A stretch of 64,000 nucleotides of DNA from an uncultured Candidatus Saccharibacteria bacterium (GTDB lineage: Bacteria > Patescibacteriota > Minisyncoccia > Phycocordibacterales > Phycocordibacteraceae). The notes beneath the pieces are model-generated. The model did no database searches and was not told the origin of the DNA. It saw only the letters and a program-made list of their open reading frames with translations. Position 1 is the stretch's first letter. Each line of letters opens with the position of its first letter. The stretch is taken from positions 178,384 through 242,383 of the forward strand of contig CAZQGQ010000001.1 in assembly GCA_964593365.1 (NCBI GenBank), given 5' to 3'. Made by a program: the position numbers and the translations under genes. Positions 56,640 through 64,000 of the stretch are shown piece after piece.

Positions 56640-58574
56640 TTATACTCCGATCAAGACCGGGATAACCATCGGTGCCTTGTTGGTTCGAGAGAACAGATAG
56701 CCTGCCATGGTGTCGGTAAGCTGGTTCTTCACGAAATCAAGGTCAACCGGGTTCATTCCCTCAGTCGAGTCCTCGACTGTCTTCTTGATGAGAAGGCGGG
56801 CTTGGTTCAGAAGATCCTGAGACTCTCGCAGATAGATGAATCCGCGGGAGATGATATCAGGGGACTTCCGCAGTTTGCCGGTCTTTAGGTGCACGGTCGC
56901 GATGATGACGAACATGCCGTCCTTGGCGAGCATCTGGCGGTCGCGGATCACGACCTCCTGCATGTCGCCGATGGCGAATCCGTCGACAATCAACGGAGCG
57001 TTTGGCACCTTATCCTTGTGGATCATGAGGCGCTCGCCGTCCACGATGTCGATCACCATGCCGTTATCGGCAAGGACGATGTTCTCGCGAGGGAAGCCTG
57101 CCTGCTCGACTGCCTTTGCGTGTGAGCTTGTCATAGAGTAGTAGCCGTACGCTGGCATGAAGAACTTCGCGTTCACCTGCTTGTTGATCCAGACCAACTC
57201 TCCGGTTTGTCCGTGTCCTGTGGAGTGCACGTCAGAGGAGCGGTAATGGATCAGGGTGACCTTGTTGCGGAAGAGGTTATCCTTCAAGCGCTGCACGGCG
57301 ATCTCGTTTCCAGGAATAACCGATGACGAGAGCACGATAGTATCTCGCTCGTTAAGCGTGATGCTCTTGTGCTGCTTGGTTGCGATGCGCATAAGCGCTG
57401 CGAATTCCTCACCCTGCGCGCCTGTTGCCAAGACGACGATCTTGTCTGGCGGATAATCGCCTATCTCGGTCGCGGGGACAACGGTTCCCTTGGCGATCTT
57501 GAGGAGGCCGGTCTTCTCTGCGATCTCAAGGTTCGTCTTGATCGAACGGCCTTCCATAACCACCTTCTTCCCGAGTCGCTCGGCGATCTGGATGATATGG
57601 ATCATGCGCTCGAACTGGGACGCGAAGGTGCCGATAATGAGGCGTCCTTTCACCGTCTTCACGATCTCCTCCAAGGTCTCATGGACCTTTCGTTCGGGGA
57701 TCGAGAAGCCGTCCTTCTCGGCGTTTGTTGAGTCTGCAATAAAGAACAGGTTGTTGTCCTTTCCGATCTCGCCCCACTTCTTGGCTTCTGCTTCAGTGGC
57801 GACGCCATCGACATGGTCGAGCTTCAAGTCTCCTGTCGCAACGACGTTGCCGTAGGGCGTCTCGATCGAGATACCCATCGAGTCAGGGATAGAGTGCGTG
57901 ACTGGGAAGAACTTCACTCGTGTTCCTCCAATGGTGTGCGTTGACCCAGGCTCAACCACCACGAGGTTTGGAGCGGGCATCTCAGGATATTCTTCCTGAC
58001 GCTTCTGGATCATCACGGCAGAAAGGTTCTGCGTGTAGATAGGGGGGTTCCCGAATCGGTTCATGAGGAACGGGATGCCGCCGATGTGGTCGAGGTGGCC
58101 GTGGGTAATGAAGACCGCGCGTACGCGTTCTTGGTTCTTCTCAAGGTAACTGGTGTTAGGGAGCATGTAGTCGACGCCTGGAGCCGTGTCTTCGGAGACG
58201 AACTGGAAGCCCACGTCGCAGACGAAGATATCGTTGCCGCTTTCAACGGCAAACATGTTGCGTCCCACTTCCTCGACGCCGCCAAGAGGCACGATGCGAA
58301 CGACGTTTGGTGCGACTGGGTCAGGGAAGTAATCAGCTACTTTTCGGACTGTTGGGGCCGAGGGGGATCGGCGCATGCCGCCGCGGCGCATGTCGCGCTG
58401 CTTTCCTCCGGATCGTCCGCCTGCTGCGCGAGGTCCTCCGGTTCGAGGTCCGCGAGACGGGCCCTGGGGCCCTGCTCCGCGATTGCCGCGGAAGGGAGGG
58501 CGTCCACCTGCCTGATCGCCGCCTTGGCGGGAATCTGGAGCGGGTGCTGGGGCCGGTGCTGGTGCAAAGTTCAT
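56640..58574 (-). CDS. rnj: ribonuclease J (metallo-beta-lactamase/beta-CASP) with ~90-aa N-terminal RG-rich extension
   Basis: 'FITHGHLDHIGG' HxHxDH motif, beta-CASP and C-terminal domains; N-terminus 'PAPAPAPAP..RGNRGAGPQG'. Confidence 0.85.
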   Translation of the reverse strand: MNFAPAPAPAPAPDSRQGGDQAGGRPPFRGNRGAGPQGPSRGPRTGGPRAAGGRSGGKQRDMRRGGMRRSPSAPTVRKVADYFPDPVAPNVVRIVPLGGVEEVGRNMFAVESGNDIFVCDVGFQFVSEDTAPGVDYMLPNTSYLEKNQERVRAVFITHGHLDHIGGIPFLMNRFGNPPIYTQNLSAVMIQKRQEEYPEMPAPNLVVVEPGSTHTIGGTRVKFFPVTHSIPDSMGISIETPYGNVVATGDLKLDHVDGVATEAEAKKWGEIGKDNNLFFIADSTNAEKDGFSIPERKVHETLEEIVKTVKGRLIIGTFASQFERMIHIIQIAERLGKKVVMEGRSIKTNLEIAEKTGLLKIAKGTVVPATEIGDYPPDKIVVLATGAQGEEFAALMRIATKQHKSITLNERDTIVLSSSVIPGNEIAVQRLKDNLFRNKVTLIHYRSSDVHSTGHGQTGELVWINKQVNAKFFMPAYGYYSMTSSHAKAVEQAGFPRENIVLADNGMVIDIVDGERLMIHKDKVPNAPLIVDGFAIGDMQEVVIRDRQMLAKDGMFVIIATVHLKTGKLRKSPDIISRGFIYLRESQDLLNQARLLIKKTVEDSTEGMNPVDLDFVKNQLTDTMAGYLFSRTNKAPMVIPVLIGV

Positions 58575-58605
58575 ATAATGAATGCTAAGAAATAAATAAT
58601 TCTCT

Positions 58606-60348
58606 CTACGGTTTCGGCAGTGGCTGCCTTCCGTGTACTAAAAATGGCCAAACGGCTTCCGTGCGGCGATACCACTCGGACACTCCCTGGAAGCGGTCCG
58701 AGGGCGAAGCAACCTGCGCAATCGATACTCCTTTCAAACTCTCGGGAATCGCGTACAGGAAGTCCGGTGCGTGGGTGAAGACCGCCGGGAAGTCTTCCTT
58801 GATAAGCGTGTCTACTTTCTCAAGATCTTCCGTAACGCCTTCAGCATCTGCTTCTTCGCGGATTCCTACCAGAAGATCGTCTACCGCGCTGTTGGTGTAC
58901 ATCGCGATATTCAATCCCGGGTCGTTTCGCTCGGAAGAGTGCCAGAACGCGAAGAGGTCTTGATCGCGTCCTACCACCATGCCAAAGAGAAGTGCCTCGT
59001 AGCGGCGCGGGCGGATCACGCTTACCGCAAGGTCTCCCGGCTCGTAAAACTCGATCGAGACCGGAACCCCGAGCTTCTCCCAGTCAATGCGAAGCCGCTC
59101 GCTGATCGCTTTGAGCTCCGTGACGTTCGAGGTCTTCACGGTAATCGAAAGCTCAAGCTCTTCTTCCTCGTGCTTCCAGATCCGAGACTCCCCGTCATAA
59201 CTCCAGCCGCTCGCCTCGAGGATGCGCGCAGCTTCAGCAATCCGATCCGCTTCAATTTGCGCTGGAGGCGCAGAAGGAATACCGCTTCCGGGAGGGACGG
59301 GTCCCCACACCGGCGTTGCGTATCCTCCAAGCACGCTCTCCGCAATGCTCTCTCGATCGGTTGCGACTGAGAGCGCACGGCGAACTTCAAGGCGGGTAAA
59401 CAAGGGATTCTGGTTCTGGTTGAAGAAGACGCCGAAGATTCTCGAGTAGGGAGCGCGAAGCGCGCCCTCCTGCGGAATCCCGTACGCGCTTTCAACCCGT
59501 CCTCCCTCGAGCGCTCGCGCAAGGTCTTCGTTTTTTGCAAAGAAGACCATGCGGATCTCATCGAGGTAGGCGCGTCCAGTCGCGTAGCCGTCATAGGCTT
59601 CAAGGTCGTAACGCTCAATCACTCCATCCTTATCCCGGTCAACGTTCTCGACTTTATAGGGTCCCGCACCAATAGGGCGAGCCATATAGGGAGAGAACGG
59701 AAACTCTTCGTTGCTTATGTCACGCCATACGTGCGAAGGGAGAATCCCAAGAGTTACATCCTCAAGGAAAAATCCATACGCCCTAGCAAGCGTGAACTCC
59801 ACTGTCCGCGAATCAAGGCTCTCAACCGCAACTCCCGCCCAGTCCGCAAGCCGAGGGCTCTTGAGTCCCGGATCCTGCGCTTTGCGGACCGTGAACACAA
59901 CGTCTTCGGCAGTGATAGGCGAGCCGTCTGAGAACTCGAGATCCTCCCGGAGCGTGAACGTGTAGGTCTTACCGTCTTCAGAAATCTTATAGGACTCGGC
60001 AAGGACGGGAACCAGGGTTCCCTCTGCAGAACGCCCCATAAGGCCTGCATACGTAAGCGCTACCAGGTCACGATCGGTGTCAGACAAGGCAAGCAACGGA
60101 TTCACGAAGCGTGGCGCGCCAAGCGCTCCTTCAGTCAACGTCCCTCCATAGGAAGGAACTTCAACGAGAAACGTTCGCTCGATGGCGTAGAGACCCCAGA
60201 GCGCAAAGAGTGCGACACAAGCGCCTAGTACTCCTGCGATCAGTTTGTCGCCTGGAGACAGCGTTTGCACGTACGCAAAAAGGCGTCCGAAGGAACTTCG
60301 CCACGCGGAAGACCAGGTCTCCCGCAGCTTTGAAAGCCGCTCATTCAT
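58606..60348 (-). CDS. ABC transporter substrate-binding protein, family 5 (oligopeptide/dipeptide)
   Basis: N-terminal anchor then a ~530-aa SBP_bac_5-like domain. Confidence 0.65.
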   Translation of the reverse strand: MNERLSKLRETWSSAWRSSFGRLFAYVQTLSPGDKLIAGVLGACVALFALWGLYAIERTFLVEVPSYGGTLTEGALGAPRFVNPLLALSDTDRDLVALTYAGLMGRSAEGTLVPVLAESYKISEDGKTYTFTLREDLEFSDGSPITAEDVVFTVRKAQDPGLKSPRLADWAGVAVESLDSRTVEFTLARAYGFFLEDVTLGILPSHVWRDISNEEFPFSPYMARPIGAGPYKVENVDRDKDGVIERYDLEAYDGYATGRAYLDEIRMVFFAKNEDLARALEGGRVESAYGIPQEGALRAPYSRIFGVFFNQNQNPLFTRLEVRRALSVATDRESIAESVLGGYATPVWGPVPPGSGIPSAPPAQIEADRIAEAARILEASGWSYDGESRIWKHEEEELELSITVKTSNVTELKAISERLRIDWEKLGVPVSIEFYEPGDLAVSVIRPRRYEALLFGMVVGRDQDLFAFWHSSERNDPGLNIAMYTNSAVDDLLVGIREEADAEGVTEDLEKVDTLIKEDFPAVFTHAPDFLYAIPESLKGVSIAQVASPSDRFQGVSEWYRRTEAVWPFLVHGRQPLPKP

Positions 60349-60360
60349 GAATCAAGGGAT

Positions 60361-60627
60361 TCAGATGAGAAAACCAAGGATCGCGGTAAGGGTGAAGAGA
60401 ACGGCTATAACGATAGTCGCCTGGAACAGGAATTTCTCTGCGCCTCTGCGCTTATAGAATGTCGATGCGAAGTTGTCGCCTCCGAAGGCTCCTCCTAGAG
60501 ATGCACCGCGATTTTGCAGCACGATCCCGGTTATAAGGAGGAGGGAGAGGACTAGTTGCGCATACGGCAGCATTGCCTTGAGAGTCTCCATCTGTAGGGG
60601 AGAGAATAGCATACGAAAAAGGGCCAA
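60361..60627 (-). CDS. secG: preprotein translocase subunit SecG
   Basis: 'LQNRGASLGGAFGG..FYKRRGAEKFL' SecG signature, 2 TM. Confidence 0.7.
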   Translation of the reverse strand: MALFRMLFSPLQMETLKAMLPYAQLVLSLLLITGIVLQNRGASLGGAFGGDNFASTFYKRRGAEKFLFQATIVIAVLFTLTAILGFLI

Positions 60628-60691
60628 GCAACGGGGTGTGGAAAGCAGAACGGCGCACCCCTAGAGTTACGCCGTTCGCCTCGCCGAGAGC

Positions 60692-61000
60692 CTACCAGGC
60701 CTGGCTGGTCAGGAAGAGCAGAGCCGTCAGCAGTAGCGGACCCGCGAACATGTAGCAGAAGAGCCAGGGAACCTTCGTTTCAAGGACGTGTTGAGGGCCG
60801 AGTTCTGGGATTGACTCGACCCGCACGCCCTCTACATACTGAGGCTTTGGATTCGGCGGTGTCCACGTGTTGTACCAGTGATGTCTTCGCACTCCCACGA
60901 CCAGCCAGTAGAGGCCGGCAGCGAGGCAGATTAGGCCAATCCAGTCGCCAAGGCTTATTCCCCGGGCGGTTTCGATCAGCGAATTCAGAGTCTGTAGCAT
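60692..61000 (-). CDS. hypothetical membrane protein
   Basis: 102 aa, 2-3 TM. Confidence 0.4.
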   Translation of the reverse strand: MLQTLNSLIETARGISLGDWIGLICLAAGLYWLVVGVRRHHWYNTWTPPNPKPQYVEGVRVESIPELGPQHVLETKVPWLFCYMFAGPLLLTALLFLTSQAW

Positions 61001-61164
61001 TCTCTCGGCCCTCCTTAGGCCTTAATAATATAATGTTACGAAAAAGAGAGAATGTCAATCTTGTAGCGACTCGCTCATTTACCTATACTTCATGCACGCC
61101 ATCCGAGCAGTCTCGGATTCGGGCACAGACTCGAACGCTTTTATAAAGCTAATTTTCTAATCAC

Positions 61165-63112
<1,948 letters not shown>

Positions 63113-63180
63113 TAAAAGAAGAGATGTGAGAACGGCGGTCGCACGTATGCGGCCGCCGTTTTCGTTGGAGTGGTTGGGGC

Positions 63181-63573
63181 TTACTTCCTCCCGCCAGATG
63201 CCGCGCCGAAATCCATGCCGCGCAACACGTTGATGCTAAGCGAACAGACTTTCAGTGCAGTCACACACGTAAGGAGTGTGCCGAGGACGATCGTATTCGT
63301 CGCTCTGAAATCAATCATCCACAAATCACGGTTATGCCCGGCGTACCAGACGCCGGCCGCGATCAGGACGAGTGAGATGACTGCGCCAATAGGTGTCTGC
63401 TGCTTATGGCCCTCGATAAAATAGTAGAGGACCTTCACCGACGCGCCGATAACGACGAGGGCTACGACTGCGGCTTCGCTCATGCTGAATCCCAATCCGA
63501 AAATGAGGGACACGATAACGAACCCGACGAGAGCAAGCGCGATGCCTGCCAACCAGTTAATGAACCTGAACAC
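63181..63573 (-). CDS. hypothetical membrane protein (HdeD/DUF308-like, 4 TM)
   Basis: Hydrophobic 130-aa ORF. Confidence 0.4.
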   Translation of the reverse strand: MFRFINWLAGIALALVGFVIVSLIFGLGFSMSEAAVVALVVIGASVKVLYYFIEGHKQQTPIGAVISLVLIAAGVWYAGHNRDLWMIDFRATNTIVLGTLLTCVTALKVCSLSINVLRGMDFGAASGGRK

Positions 63574-63677
63574 TTGCGTGCTCCTTCTCTACGACCAGCT
63601 CCAACAACCGGTCCATAACGGCAACTTCACCATAGATAGCGATATGTGTCAAAAGGGCAACGAAAACGGGACACTCC

Positions 63678-63818
63678 CTAAGAAGTGTCCCGTTTTTGGT
63701 CAGCTGACTGCCATACCCATACCGTGAAAGCGGCACAGAATACGGCGAGCAAGATGGCCGGCGTGTTGTCGCAAGCATACCCCGCAAGGAGCGCCGCGAC
63801 GCCAAGGAGTGTGCGCAT
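63678..63818 (-). CDS. putative 46-aa hydrophobic peptide (not in ORF track)
   Basis: Hand translation MRTLLGVAALLAGYACDNTPAILLAVFCAAFTVWVWQSADQKRDTS. GGAGGG sits 8 nt upstream of the ATG; the 3' end overlaps the 63667-63699 hairpin. Confidence 0.3.
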   Translation of the reverse strand: MRTLLGVAALLAGYACDNTPAILLAVFCAAFTVWVWQSADQKRDTS

Positions 63819-63906
63819 GAATTTAACCCTCCGCGGTCACCTTACTGCCACCGTTCCTTTTTGCAACTACAGGATTTGCTATACTAAGGAGATAACCCCT
63901 ACACCA

Positions 63907-64000
63907 ATGACTATCTTCTACATCGTACTCGGCATTGCAGTCCTCATCGTGCTCTGGCTCGTGTTCGCCTATAACGGTTTCGTCGCGCTTGTTAACCGCG
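63907..64000 (+). CDS. LemA-family protein (3' partial)
   Basis: 'MTIFYIVLGIAVLIVLWLVFAYNGFVALVNR' matches the LemA N-terminal TM/helix; runs off the window. Confidence 0.5.
   Translation, partial: MTIFYIVLGIAVLIVLWLVFAYNGFVALVNR

Noticed and set aside
61001-61164. CIRCE (TTAGCACTC-N9-GAGTGCTAA) heat-shock operator upstream of groES
   Set aside because: Neither half-site (GCACTC / GAGTGC) is present. There is only a short palindrome, CCGAG-cagt-CTCGG, and a possible sigma32-like CTTGTA..ACCTATACT that is too weak to call.

Overview
This 64 kb window is mostly ordinary bacterial chromosome (roughly 55-60% GC by eye) with many small secreted or membrane-anchored hypothetical proteins. RNase J, several non-canonical tRNAs, a short prfB and many N-anchored ORFs suggest a small-genome lineage, possibly CPR/Patescibacteria-like; that is an inference. 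The recognisable core genes are a short prfB, ftsE, ftsX, pyrG, a sensor kinase/response regulator pair, an RND efflux pump with its adaptor, mltG, typA/bipA, a DEAD-box helicase, dsbA- and VKOR-family proteins, msrA, msrB, nth, a mutY-like glycosylase, RNase J, an oligopeptide-binding protein, secG and groES-groEL. Six tRNA genes are present: two or three with a CAU anticodon, Asp, two Thr and Gln. Five lower-GC islets (judged by eye) interrupt the core: (i) a 0.85 kb one-gene cassette at the 3' end of tRNA-Asp flanked by ~45 nt direct-repeat hairpins; (ii) a 2.1 kb segment after tRNA-Thr(CGU) bounded by a duplicated copy of the tRNA 3' end, carrying a TrmB-like regulator, an AdoMet decarboxylase and a glycine N-methyltransferase-like enzyme; (iii) a 5.2 kb island next to tRNA-Gln; (iv) an orphan DHQ-synthase-like gene; (v) a 3.7 kb array of short genes separated by a recurring ~28 nt intergenic motif. 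The main candidate for an undescribed system is island (iii). It is a four-gene, translationally overlapping operon: a DGQHR/DndB-like ParB-fold protein, a 452-aa protein with no recognisable motif, a D12-class (DPPY) N6-adenine DNA methyltransferase and a GIY-YIG/DUF4357-like nuclease. It sits between twin hairpins sharing a GACCTAGAC loop and a terminator. No dndACDE, integrase, transposase, CRISPR array or rRNA gene is present. Domain calls rest on remembered motifs rather than database searches and should be read with that in mind.
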